Below are positions 1 through 12,196 of a DNA stretch of 64,000 nucleotides, piece after piece. The notes below the pieces were generated by a model. It was given only the letters and a program-made list of their open reading frames with translations. It made no database searches and was not told where the DNA came from. The DNA is from Tetramitus jugosus. Its lineage: Eukaryota > Protista > Heterolobosea. The first letter of the stretch is position 1; each line of letters starts with the position of its first letter. A program made the translations under genes and the position numbers. The stretch lies in assembly GCA_937625935.1 (NCBI GenBank), contig OW569367.1, positions 427,108-491,107 on the forward strand. The letters run 5' to 3'.

Positions 1-2743
1 CGGCCAACTTGAAGGAACCAAACTCAATCTTCTCTCCAAGGTAAAAGATGCCCAACAACACAACCAATTGATAAATTGCCTGACCAATGATCGAAACCCA
101 CATCTTCTTTGTAATCAAGCTCTCAGTTCTTCCGTATGGTCTTCTGTTGAGCAAATCTGGGATAGGTGGTTCAGTGGCAAGAGCAAGAGCAGCAAAGGTA
201 TCCATGATCAAATTGACCCACAACAATTGAACAGCAGTCAATGGAGTAGCCAAAGTGGTTTCTCCTCCAGATTGTGGAATGATGAATGAGGTCAAAGCAG
301 TGATAATAGTCACAACAAGGGCAACAATGTTGACCGTCAATTGGAACTGCAAGAACTTTCGAATGTTTTCAAAGATGCTTCTGCCCCACAAAACTGCCTT
401 CACAATGGATGAGAAGTTATCATCGAGAATGATAATATCAGATGCTTCCTTTGCGATTTGAGTACCAGAAATACCCATACTCAAACCAACATCAGCCTCC
501 TTCAAAGCAGGTCCATCATTTGTACCATCACCAGTAACAGCAACAACTTCACCCTTTTCCTTCAATCTCTTCACGAGCTTGAACTTGTCGGTTGGAGAAG
601 AACGGGCCAAAACTTGCAATCTTGGCAAAATCTCATCCAATTCCTCATCTTCCAACTTTCTAAAGTCTGGACCTTCCATGGCAATACCATTGTCATCCAA
701 GATACCACACTCACGGGCAATGTGTTGAGCAGTCAAAATATTGTCACCAGTGACCATTCTGACGAAGATACCAGACTTCTTACATTGAGTAACAGCATCA
801 ACAACCTCCTTACGCAATGGATCCTTGATACCAACAATACCAACCAAAGTCAAATCCTTTTCCATCAATTCTCTGTCGTGCCAGTCACCTTCAGTGCTTC
901 TGTCCAAAGGTCTGTATGCAATACCAAGAGTTCTCAAACCAGTCTTTGCCAAAGTTTCAATAATTCCAATAAAGTGCTTTTGTTTCTCATCAGTCATTTG
1001 AGAAGTGCTTCCATCAGAGTTCAAGTATCTAGTACAGATGCCAACAATAATTTCGGATGCTCCCTTGACGTGCAAGTGGGCCTCACCTTGCTCAGTCTCA
1101 ACAACAATACCCATTCTCTTCATCTTGGATGAGAAGGTGTACACTGCTTGAATTCTCTTGTTCAATTCATATGAATCTCTGACTTGCTTATAATCGATAC
1201 CCATATCTCTCAACATGATCAACATGGCACCTTCAGTCTTGCTTCCCTGAACTTCAAATTCCTTCTTGCTGTCTCCCTTTGGTTCAGCGAGATTGGCCTT
1301 TGAATTGACAGAGATGCCATCAACCAACAAGTTCAACACAGTGGAGTGGAGAGTGGAGGAGGAAGGTGCTTCATCAAAGAACTCAGCGTTACCAATGTAA
1401 GACTTGGTCACTCTCATCTCATTCAAAGTCAAAGTACCAGTCTTGTCGGAACAAATGTTCGTAGCACCACCCATAGTCTCACAAGCAGCCAAATGTCTCA
1501 CCAAATTGTTGTCCTTCATCATCTTCTTGACAGAGTAGGCAAGAGAGATTGTGACAGCGAGTGGAAGACCTTCAGGAACAGCAACCACAACAATAGTGAC
1601 AGCAATCACAGCATAACGAACAACAGTGGAGATATCGGACCAGGCAAAGTTGTGAGACTTGTCTCCCTTCTTGATGAAGACAATCTTTTGAATCAACCAT
1701 CCAACAGTCAACACCAAAAAGGTGGCAACAGCAAAACCGACACCAGCCTTACCAATGAGAGCAGCCAATCCGTCCAACTTTTCTTCCAATGGTGTCTGTT
1801 CATCATCGTCGTCAGAGGTCAATTTAGCCAAAGTCTTACCCCATTCAGAGTTCAATCCAACCGCAGTGATCAACATCTTTCCACAACCTTCAGCAATTTG
1901 GCAACCAGAGAGCAAAAATGGAGAATCACGATTCTTCTTGATGGCATCAGGCTCACCAGTCATCACAGACTCATCAGCCTTCAAATCATAACCTTCAATC
2001 AACAAACCGTCAGCAGGGATTTGATCACCAGTGTCCAACTCTACGACATCACCCACCATAATCTCATCGATAATTACATTGCAATTCTTGCCTCCACGAA
2101 TAACCTTGATTGGAATCTTGTTGCTCTGCTTGGACAATTCTCTAAACTTTAGCTCTTTTTGATAATCGTTGGTTGCAGTAACAGTACTGACAATCAACAC
2201 GGCAGAAATGATGGCAACACCTTCAATCCATCCATACTTTCTCTCATCAGGGTGCTCTGGGAAAGCAAGACCCAACACAATAGAAACAACAGCCAAAACC
2301 ATTAGAATAATAAGCATTGTATCACCCAATGCTTCAATAAATAGCTTGATCAAGCTCTTCATTGGCTTGGTAGGATACACATTTTCGTCATATCTATATG
2401 AGAGGTGATGATGATGATGAGATGATGAAACACGTATGGATCATCAAAAGCAGACAAACGAACAAAAGGAAGTAGACAAGTTCCAGTGTGTGAGCGCCAA
2501 CAGTCCAAAAAACAAGTCGTCGGAAAAAAATTGTTGTAACACAAGAAAGAAGGCGGCAGTTACATACTCTCTCTTTCTGTCGACAAAGCCTTCGCGTGCT
2601 TCTTCTTCACTTAAACCTTGAATCATGTCAGAGTCAAGAGCCTGTACAATACCTTCAATTCCACCAAATTCAGCCAGGTCATTGACATCACGGGTTTCAT
2701 TCAGGTCGGAAAGTTCCTTTTTGGAGATGGTGAAGTGAACCAT
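1..2743 (-). CDS. PMCA: P-type IIB (PMCA-like) Ca2+-transporting ATPase, runs off the left edge
   Basis: Minus-strand translation shows SDKTGT (~1435-1452), GDGTND (~515-533), VAVPEGLPLAVT and LQFQLTVN. Exon 1 is 2743-2568, followed by a GTATGT...TAG intron at 2567-2394; exon 2 is in phase (..DRKRE-YDENVYP..). Confidence 0.95.
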
Positions 2744-3076
2744 GGTTTAAAACAAGAGCAGCAGTAATGATGATTGTTGCCTTGGAGGACCTCCTTGTTA
2801 TTTATGCTAGTGTTATGGTTTACTTTTGTTTTTTTTTCTCAAAAGTGGTTTCGCCTTTTTACGCAGAAATTCGGTTTGCACGAGGAGCGGGTGTGTGATG
2901 AAATTTTGTGCGAGGGGAGTTTTAGAGCACTTGAGAGACGGTTGTCCTCGGACAAATGCCAGAGGGGGTCAAAGGGAGAGAACTCAAGGGTCAATAATAG
3001 GGTCATTGTCAAGAAAAGAGAGCGAAATTTGACATTTTATGAGTGTAAATTGTAAAGTACATCGTTCCAAAAGTTG

Positions 3077-3593
3077 GTCCTCGCACAAATATCTTGGAAA
3101 GCCCATCTACGATTCATCCTTTCACCTCTGTTGGACAGAGGCGTCTCTGAACTTTGGAACTTCAATTCGTTGCTTGGAGTTTATTTGAATACATCACAGA
3201 ACTCATGTCGCATCCAAATGTAGGTGGTACTGTACCTTTCAGTTGCGTGATGAAACAGTTCTAACTCTGCCATCTCACCAACTTCTTGTTGTGAGAGTCG
3301 ATCTTCATGCTGAATAGGTAGGGAGAGGAGTTGTTTCGTCAAAGGAAATCTCTTTGTGGGTACCTTCGTTTGAAACCATTGCCCTTGACAACCACCAAAT
3401 ACAGGGCTTTTCTCTGTGTCATTAGATGGTGGTGTGAGACAGATCGGTCTCCTCATCCTTCTACTTCGTGCAGCACCGTACACTCGGGCGCGAACACGTA
3501 AGAAGTTGTAGCACGTTGGTGCATGCCCCTTCGAAACAAAAGATCGTCCTCGCACAAATATCTTGCGGAAAGCTCCATTTGGACGATCTACGA
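3077..3593. repeat. 20-bp direct repeat GTCCTCGCACAAATATCTTG (3077-3096, 3546-3565), with related copies at 2944-2957 and inverted at 2905-2915
   Basis: Read directly; both direct copies are followed by GAAAGC and then ATCTACGA. Confidence 0.75.
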
Positions 3594-3678
3594 ATAGAAC
3601 CTCACCGGTTTCTCCTTTTCAATTTGCCGCTATTTTCGTTCGTCGAACTCAGTTTCTCCTCCACAAAAAAAAGCACAA

Positions 3679-4622
3679 ATGTCATCTACAGCGATCAAGC
3701 AACGAATACGGAAATGTGTCTTTGAGCTCAATCAGCTCTTTTCACAACTGTTGAACGAAATTGTGCTCAGTACAAAGACACTCACAGACACAAACCCACT
3801 ATCCAAAGAACACATTCCACAGTCGGCTCACCTTCAACTCCAACTCAATGCACAACGAGACTCAATCATGAAGCTCACGAATGATCTCATACGAAAAGAT
3901 CGAGAGCTACAGTTACTATTGGACGAATGTAAGATCTTCACCACTTGACAATATTTTTTTCACCACGAAAAAAAAACAACCCAATGCACTCACACTCATT
4001 CTTTCCACAGTGATCGAACACCAAAAATTTCAACAAAAAATCAACGAGTTGCAACAATTGGTCGACCAAAAAAACAATCAACTCAATCACTTGTCCAACA
4101 CGCTTCAAAAAGTTCATGGCAAGTTGTTGGAGACGATTCATGAGACGAAACCAGTGCTTGAATCCTGTACAGTCAAAACAAAGAGACTCAATCTCAATGA
4201 TCTATTGTCCTATGCGTATTCGATACGTGGAACAACAAGTGGTCCACCAAGTGATGAAAAGGGATTGGAGACTGTGTATTTTGAATCATTTCCCGTTCAA
4301 CAACAAATTAGTCAATCGTTGTTATATCCTAGTATGTTTGTTGATTTTTCTTAGTGTGAATCATATTTCGATGAAATGTATATGTATATATATATTAACC
4401 ACATTGATAAACTGAATAGAGAATTTGAAGGCACTCAGACAACGGAAGGAACAAGAGAAGCAAACGGAACAAGCATTGGCAGAGTTTGCAGAACATCGAC
4501 CATTGATTGCATTCAATCGTGCTACACTATCATCACCTAGAGCTGCTACGATGCAATCACCTCGGAGTAAGCCTGTTATTCGACTATTTGGTGACTCTGA
4601 TGAGGAAGATGAGGATGAATGA
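3679..4622 (+). CDS. MED4: Mediator subunit 4 (3 exons: 3679-3928, 4011-4331, 4420-4622)
   Basis: Coiled coil followed by the Med4-type segment LNDLLSYAYSIRGTTSGPP...FP....SLLY, plus an acidic tail. Both GT-AG introns keep phase. Confidence 0.75.
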
Positions 4623-5204
4623 AGAAGATTAGCTTTAATGTTTGAATCTTTTTTCTTTATCAAAATTAGACGACATGTATTTGTTAAAAGAGTAAGGATA
4701 GTAAGAATGATGATGACGATGATGACAATATGGCGAAGGTGTGACACCACATCAAAGAATGATGCTATCATGTATGGAAAAATCGTGGTTGCCATATGAA
4801 TAATCGAGTGGATAAATACAACGACCGAGACACTTCACTACTCGGCAACGACACAAAACAATAATTATACGAACAATCATAATCATAATAATAATGAATA
4901 AAAACAGATCATTAGTCTATTCGTTATGGTTCCATATAGGGTTGAGTGCCAGGCTACATTTGTGTGCAATTCTCCACATACACACACAGGTGTAAACACT
5001 CTCTCACACATAGGATTTTGATATCGTACACAACACACACACAACAGATCTACTTCAACTCAAAACCAGTTCTTCCTCTTCTTCGCATCATGTTTCAATA
5101 GACTTTTGAAAAATCAATTGTGTCGTCTTTTCTGGTTCTCGCACTTTTTCTCTCTTGATTCTGATCGTTTCTTTGTTTCAAGCAGATTTTTTTCTCTCAA
5201 GAGT

Positions 5205-5621
5205 TTATAAATTATCTACATCACCGTACACTGCAATAGCATACATTCCTTTGGCCTGATTTGGTTTCATTCCTTGCCATCTAGCCACCCAACTCTTATC
5301 AGGATCAGTCATTGCAATCAATCCTTCAAAAGTTGTGCTTGTGCATTCTTCGACTCTTCCCTTCTTGCCTTGCATGTTCAATTCTGGACAATTTTCACAT
5401 CCACTCTCAACAAATTGATCCATTGATTTAACGAGTGCACACTTCAGACAAGCTCTCAACTATTGTTGTTATTATCATTATTATTGGTATTTGTTGTTGT
5501 TATTGTTGTGATTTCAAGTAAAAGAAGTGTGAGTGTTTCTGTGGTGTTTTGATGAAAACATGTACACGAGTATACTTACGTTTCTAAGTGATCTTGGTAC
5601 GGCTGGTGTTTCATCTGACAT
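5205..5621 (-). CDS. SPT4: Transcription elongation factor SPT4 (exons 5621-5580, 5459-5205)
   Basis: LRACLKC..GCENC..CTSTTFEGLIAMTDPDKSWVARWQ..GMYAIAV. A GTAAGT...TAG intron (5579-5460) gives the N-terminus MSDETPAVPRSLRN. Confidence 0.95.
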
Positions 5622-5764
5622 GGTTCGCTAAAAAGTTGTTGTTGATTTTGTTTTTTGATTTTGTTTCAATCAGAAAAGAAGAATTTTGTTTTTCGAATCG
5701 GTGTTTTTATTTTTTCGATCATTTTATTCGAGGAGTTTTTTCACGGACAACAAAATCTAAGAAA

Positions 5765-7207
5765 ATGAGGCAACTAATGAGAAGAACAGCTTCAGCAAAA
5801 ACAATCACATCATCGACACTATCACGTACTTTGATTCATCCACACAACCACCATTTCCCTTCTTTTGCTCCGTCAATTTCTCCCCTCCGCCCACATTTAC
5901 TCCGCTCATTTGTGAAACTTTACAATGTACAACACCAAAACGAACACTGTGCGTTATCGCGATTCCACAAAAATTCAATCAAAACAACATCATTAACATC
6001 ATCAATATCAACAACATTAACAAACACAATCATGACCATCACCACACACATTCAACCATACAGAGTCATCTCCTCACTCTCAGAGCTATCCTCTGAAGAA
6101 CGTGAAAAATCAAAGCTTATTGGTACTCATAGTGGAAGCTTCCACTGTGATGAAGCATTGGCTTGTAGCTTATTGTCACTTTTGCCTGATGAATTCTCTC
6201 CCAAATCCACAATTCTTGTGAGATCCAGAGACGCACCCACTCTCTCTCAATGCCACATTCTCGTAGATGTCGGCGGAGAATTTAATCCAGAGACGTTGAG
6301 ATTTGATCATCATCAAAAGGCGTTTGACGATTTGGAACCGACTGAAAAAACATTGACTTCAAAGGCTGATGACAGTAAGGTGTACAAGACAAAGCTCAGC
6401 AGTGCAGGACTCATTTACAAGTACTATGGCAAGAGAATTTTGGATCGATTGATGAATGAGACACAACAAGGTGAAGAAAAGAGTCAAGTATTGTTCTCCA
6501 GAGATGAAATTATTGGGTCCATGACGAGAGAGGCCTATGATCAATTGTTGGAAGACTTGTATCATCGAGTGTACAAGAATTTTATGGAGCACATTGATGC
6601 GATTGATAACGGTATTGACGTGAGTGATGGTGAGATCAAGTATCGCATTTCTACTTCATTGTCTAGTCGTGTAGGTCGATTGAACAGCAATTGGAACAGT
6701 TCAAAGGAAAAACAGACATCTGCACATGAGAATGCACAGTTCCAGAAGGCAATGATCATGACTGGTGAGGACTTTTTGGATGTTGTCAACGGGTATTTGG
6801 ATCAGTGGCTACCAGGACGATCCATTGTCATGAAAACAGTTCAAGATCGTTTCAATGTGGATCCAAGTGGCAAGATTATTCGATTTGATCAATTCTGTCC
6901 ATGGAAGGATCACTTGTTTGTGATTGAGAAGGAGTTGGGTATTGTAGGACAGATTGAATTGGCATTGTTTGCTGACAATAGTGGTGCATGGAGAATTCAA
7001 TCTGTGCCAATCGAAGGCAGAGACTTTGACAACAGACGTCCATTGCCAAAGGAATGGAGAGGATTGAGAGATGCTGAATTGTCAGAGAAGTCTGGCATCA
7101 ATGACTGTATTTTCGTTCACATGGGTGGTTTCATTGGTGGAAACAAGACCTATGAAGGAGCATTGCAAATGGCACGTGAGACACTGAGGCTCACATCATC
7201 AGAATAA
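5765..7207 (+). CDS. MYG1: MYG1 family exonuclease (DHH-like) with a probable mitochondrial targeting N-terminus
   Basis: IGTHSGSFHCDEALA, VDVGG, FDHHQ, KLSSAGLIYKYYG, DAIDNG, WRGLRD, FVHMGGFIGG. ATG at 5765, head-to-head with SPT4. Confidence 0.95.
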   Translation: MRQLMRRTASAKTITSSTLSRTLIHPHNHHFPSFAPSISPLRPHLLRSFVKLYNVQHQNEHCALSRFHKNSIKTTSLTSSISTTLTNTIMTITTHIQPYRVISSLSELSSEEREKSKLIGTHSGSFHCDEALACSLLSLLPDEFSPKSTILVRSRDAPTLSQCHILVDVGGEFNPETLRFDHHQKAFDDLEPTEKTLTSKADDSKVYKTKLSSAGLIYKYYGKRILDRLMNETQQGEEKSQVLFSRDEIIGSMTREAYDQLLEDLYHRVYKNFMEHIDAIDNGIDVSDGEIKYRISTSLSSRVGRLNSNWNSSKEKQTSAHENAQFQKAMIMTGEDFLDVVNGYLDQWLPGRSIVMKTVQDRFNVDPSGKIIRFDQFCPWKDHLFVIEKELGIVGQIELALFADNSGAWRIQSVPIEGRDFDNRRPLPKEWRGLRDAELSEKSGINDCIFVHMGGFIGGNKTYEGALQMARETLRLTSSE

Positions 7208-7294
7208 ACTGTTCAGTCACTGAAAATTCAATTTTATTCAACGTGTCTTGAAGCAACAATAAGACAATAAATAACTCGAAACTGGATTCATTCC

Positions 7295-10200
7295 TCAGAG
7301 TCCATTCTTCCTGTCCAATGCTTGTTGTGCTGCGTTTGCTTCCACGCGTGATGTGCTGGAGCTCAGGTGAGCCACTTCCATGAATCGACGATTGATGACC
7401 ATGTATTCCTTTATGCCCAACCAGCCAAACAATTCTTCATCCGAAAATTTATCATGCATCACCTTCCAATTGCGCACACAAACATCTACACATACATCCT
7501 CCAGATCTCTGAACACTCCTGGATACAAATTCAAAAAGCTGTGCATGAATGGCAAGACGTTGTCTTCATTCAATCCATCGGATATTATCTCCTGGCATTG
7601 AATAGACACGGGATCATTGATGGGCATGCAATAAAAGTTCCATATGTTGAGCAATGCGACAGCATTGGAGCTGTCAATGTCAATCTCTGATGTGTACAAG
7701 TATCGAATGAATTGTCGCTTGACTTGTATCTGCAATTGTTCTTCTTCTGGCGATCGATTACTGGAATCTCCATCCAAAATTGGATCGTACAGTGGAACGG
7801 ATCGTGTTTTTTGATCCATCATTCCAATGGAGAACTTTCGCTTAAAGTATTCACAACGAGAGGCGAGAACGACGCGATTTGCTCGAATGGCCTCCTTACC
7901 TTCTCGATCTAATATAAGTTCCACGTCTCCACCATAATTCCGTTGATTATTATCGTAGAATCGTCTCATATCGCTCTCAAGGGAGCCAGCGGGACAATTG
8001 GACGCATTTGTCACAGTAGACTCCAAATTGAATACAGCGTACTTTGGTGCTTGCAAAATATTCCACAGGTGACGTTGACCGGACAGTTGCAACCTTTCAG
8101 CACCAGGCAGATGAGTAAATGTGTCACTGAGCACCGATTTGTGCAATAATTGATAGATGAAGGTCTGAATGAGATTCAAGATATCATGCGAATCGATAGT
8201 TGATCCAGAGTTGTGATTGGTACTCGTATAATTTTTAGACAATCGTTCGAGCAGTATGATTGCGTTGTCTGAGCTCAGATTCTGAACAAGTTGTGACACG
8301 AGTAGGAACAAGAGTCGGTTGTGTGTCAATTGTAAGTGTTCTGGCTGTGGGTCATTCTGCTGAATAAACTGAATAATCTCCAATAGAATAAACGCATTTT
8401 TCGTCGCTTCAGAGAACGATACCATCTCGGATCCCTCATTGTCTGATGGTGATCCCTGATAGTTTCTGTGCTGTATTATTGGTAAATCATCACTCAGGCA
8501 ATAGTATAAAAGAATTCGAATGGCTTCATCAGAGAGGTTGACTTCTCTTCGAGGGCCCTTTCCCAAGCAGGGGCACCGTATCTCCACAAATTCGCCACAG
8601 ATTGGAAAACTGGAACTCTCTTTGCCAATAATTTCACTATCAAACATTAACTTTTCCATCTCTGGCATATTTTTGACCGATTTTCTCAAGAGTTCATTCT
8701 TTGACTTGAGTGCTTCTGTTACGATAATCGTGTGTACTGTACCACACTTTACATCAACGATTCGCTTGTGTTTCAGTGCAGGATGTCTCACTCTCTGCAA
8801 TGTGTGAACCTTTGCATTCTCGTGGCCCAATGCCAACTGTCCAGCAGTGTTGTATCCACACAACCACAGTTCATTCATGTCTGTAATGAATGCAGAGTGA
8901 GCTGCACCACATGTAGTCACTCGTACGCTCGTGTTTCTTTGCTCGAAAAATGTCAATTTCTCAAAACTTCTTCGATCTTTCAAATCTCCTAATCCCAATT
9001 GACCATAACCATTCCATCCACCCACATAGATACCGCCACTCTTGAGCACGCAAATCATGTGATGCTGACCACAATATATATTTTCAATTTCTTCATCATT
9101 TCGATAAATAGGATTATTCGTTTCATTATTACTATTACTATTATTGGTACTACTACTACTATTACTATTGTTCGAATCGGATGACAAGGATGTTGTCAAT
9201 GACAAGGGGAGTTGTTCCGGTGTTTTCCAAGGCAACAAATTATCAGGAATCTTTTGAGGAACGTTCAATGGAGTCACTGTTCCCTGACACAACTGTCCAT
9301 AGTGATTTCTTCCACACGTATAAATATCATTGTTATCGGTGACAAAAACTGAAAAATAGAAGCCACACTCTACTTTGATCACTCGTACGTTGGCAAACGT
9401 TGGAATGAGTGTAGGCATTGGCACAGATTGCATATTGCCCAATCCCAATTGACCATTCTCACCTGCACCACAACTGTAAACCTTGTGATCTTCTGTTAGG
9501 AAAATGGTGTGCTCTAATCCGCAGGCAATCATTTGAATCCGTGTCTGTTCAAAAAATGTGACTCTTGTGGGCAGTTTGGCTAAATTGTTGGGTGCTTCTT
9601 GAATCGTAAGGCCTAGTTGTCCCTTGTGATTACCTCCACAGCTCCACACATGTCCCTTTGCTACAATCACGTAATTTCCCCATTGTTTAGCAACCAAACG
9701 ATGCTATTTCAACATGAAAAAAAAGAACAACATAATAACAAACAACATACTAGTGAGAAATAGAGTATGATTCTCTCCGCATGCCACCTGTTTCACATGC
9801 TCCTTCAAAAACTCTTCTGGTTCGGTAATTTTAGTCGCTATTCTCTTCTTTGTCACATCTGCACTCTTCTCACCCAATCCCAACCTACAATTTCCATTGT
9901 TTCCACAAATGAAAATCTCATTGTCCGAAGTGATAAAAATAGAGTGTAGAGGAGCACAATGTATGCTTGATATTTTGGCAGTGGTGAACTCTGGTGGTGA
10001 TTTGATGCGTTCGAGAATGTTGATACGTTCAGAGGAGTCACCTAGTCCGATTTGACCTTCCTTGTTGGAACCTGATTTTCACATCATCACGAATGAGTAT
10101 AGAGGATAAAAGCATAAAAAAATTTACATGTTCGTTTTTTCCATGTCAACAACAACAACAACAAAAAAAAATGAAAAGTAAGTGAGGAGTATGATCATAC

Positions 10201-10495
10201 CTGCGACGAGTAAATACTTGTTGTGATCAATACGGAGTTGAGTGACTGGTATGGGATCCGATTTGGAAAAATTGGATGGTAAGACACTATCATTCAATGG
10301 ATGATGACTGTGATTGTTATTATTATTGTTGTTGGTGTGTGAAGAAGAAGAAGAAGATGGATCATCTGATGATGTGATATCAACTGTAGTCGTTGTCGTT
10401 GTTGTTGTAGTGGAAGATGATGATGATGCACCAGAGTGATTTGTGTTCACAAGTGTGCTGTTGTTGGAAGAGGTTGGTTGTGTAGTAGACATCAT
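7295..10495 (-). CDS. RCC1-repeat + BTB/POZ domain protein (exons 10495-10201, 10071-9751, 9660-7295)
   Basis: Multiple GxNxxGQLGLG / IACGxxH RCC1 repeats and a C-terminal BTB segment (IRANRVVLASRCEYFKRKF..FIRYLYT). Both GTATG introns are phase-compatible. Confidence 0.9.
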
Positions 10496-10939
10496 TGGTG
10501 CGAGCGGTGAGCTGCTTTGTGTGTCAGTGTGAGCTTTTTGTTGTTGTTATTGTTGGAAGTGAAAGCTTTTTGCGTGTTTTTTGTTGTTGCGACGACAGAC
10601 TCAAATGGGAAATATGAGTTGGAGCTCAGATTTCGGGATTATAGTTGCAGTGAGAAAGAAGGATCGTTGAGCTTTGAATGTATTTTTGGAGTCAAATAGG
10701 ATTGGTTCTGGAGATATGAAGAAGTTCTCTTTGCTGATGTCCTTTTTGCTTTTTGGTTCTTTTTCGCTTGTGAGAAGTCTGGTATCTGTTGTAATAACAA
10801 TAGTATCTCGGCTGCCAACGGAGCTTGTTTATTCAAGTTGCTTCCACAAAGGTTGTTCTGAATGCACCCCCATAGCGATCCATTATTTTTGTAATTTTCA
10901 CACAAGCCAAGGTTGACAAAAAACAAGCAAGCAAAGCAA

Positions 10940-11212
10940 ATGATTTCGAATTACAAAGCTGTACTTCTGCTCACCTTATTATTCCTAGTCTTGTTTCTAC
11001 TGGCGTCATTCAACCAAGCTCAACATGGAGCACACCACCGCCATCATGTTTCCAGAGATACTGTAGAGGAGGTCAATCTCCAGAAAGAAAGAGAAAGACT
11101 GTGGAGGAACCTATTCAACGTACCTCAGCTTAAAACAACAGTTCAGCATGATCATGTCAATCAAGAAGGCGGTCAACATCAACTTCCTAAGAGAAAGAAA
11201 AGTAAGAATTAA
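10940..11212 (+). CDS. Small putative secreted protein (possibly only a first exon)
   Basis: Signal-peptide-like MISNYKAVLLLTLLFLVLFLLASFNQA and a His-rich segment; possible GTAAG donor at ~11202. Confidence 0.45.
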   Translation: MISNYKAVLLLTLLFLVLFLLASFNQAQHGAHHRHHVSRDTVEEVNLQKERERLWRNLFNVPQLKTTVQHDHVNQEGGQHQLPKRKKSKN

Positions 11213-11660
11213 CTTCGGATCCTTCATCCAAACAAGCTGGTTGTTGTGAATGATTCAGCTGAAGCGCAAAAATAAACTTCGAATCTCAGATTACAATGAA
11301 ATACACTTCCGGGGCTGGATTCTGGATCCACTTCTCGGTTTTGAATATGTTCTGCACGACAAGCTTGCGGACCCAAATCGGATGTGAAGAATCTTACCAT
11401 GAATCTCACCTAGATCTCTAACATTTGCTCGTAATTTTGATCAACCAATCCACAGGCAAGGAGAAGATTCATTTGGGACTTATTCCTCCGTTAGATTGTA
11501 GTGATGATCAGACGCGTATAAACCTTTTTCCCAAACGAAACAAACAATACTATTCCAGACTTCATAATCGGTTGTTCCACTTTTCTCAACCATCACCTAC
11601 TCATCTCTATTGTTGCAGCAATACCGCTCTTCTATTGTTTTACATCCATTTCAAACAGCC

Positions 11661-12131
11661 ATGAACCGTACTTCTCGCGACCAACAGCGCTCTGATTTTC
11701 ATCCACCTAAACTTCAAAGACTGAGACGAGGTTCTCTGGTCACTCCCTCCGAAGATTTCGATTGTTTAAGTTGCAGAGTGAATGACATCCTTGAAAAGGA
11801 GTTTCGTCAGTTTGAAACAGGAGAGGCACAATCGCCCATCAAGGCAACGACCTTCCAAGTCAAGAAAGAGATTCAGAGGTCTATTAGGCGAATGAGTTTT
11901 GATGAGAATACAATCAAGGACTTGACGAATCAAAAGAGTCAGACCTCACAAAAACCTGCTCTCGATAGAAGGAACAGCATAGAAGAGAGTTCATTGTTGC
12001 GAACAAGAGAGAAGAAGGATGTTGTGAATGGAGAAAGTGAAGACATCATTGAGGTGCTACGACCGGTCGTAGCAGATGACTTTGACAACATCCTCAAGGG
12101 CACATCTACGGCAGCAACCTTTCAACAATAA
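11661..12131 (+). CDS. Hypothetical protein with RRxS motifs
   Basis: ATG-initiated 156-aa ORF with RRGS/RRMS/RRNS motifs, convergent with fimbrin. Confidence 0.55.
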   Translation: MNRTSRDQQRSDFHPPKLQRLRRGSLVTPSEDFDCLSCRVNDILEKEFRQFETGEAQSPIKATTFQVKKEIQRSIRRMSFDENTIKDLTNQKSQTSQKPALDRRNSIEESSLLRTREKKDVVNGESEDIIEVLRPVVADDFDNILKGTSTAATFQQ

Positions 12132-12196
12132 ACAAGCACACCAAGGATTTTTGTTCAAAAATAATAAGTAGTTTTGTATTACGAAATGAGGTCGAT

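Noticed and set aside
68-2408. Long + strand ORFs (458-1132, 1346-2152, etc.)
   Set aside because: Antisense shadows of the PMCA gene; the same applies to antisense ORFs over fimbrin, PI3K, EF1A and the adhesin.
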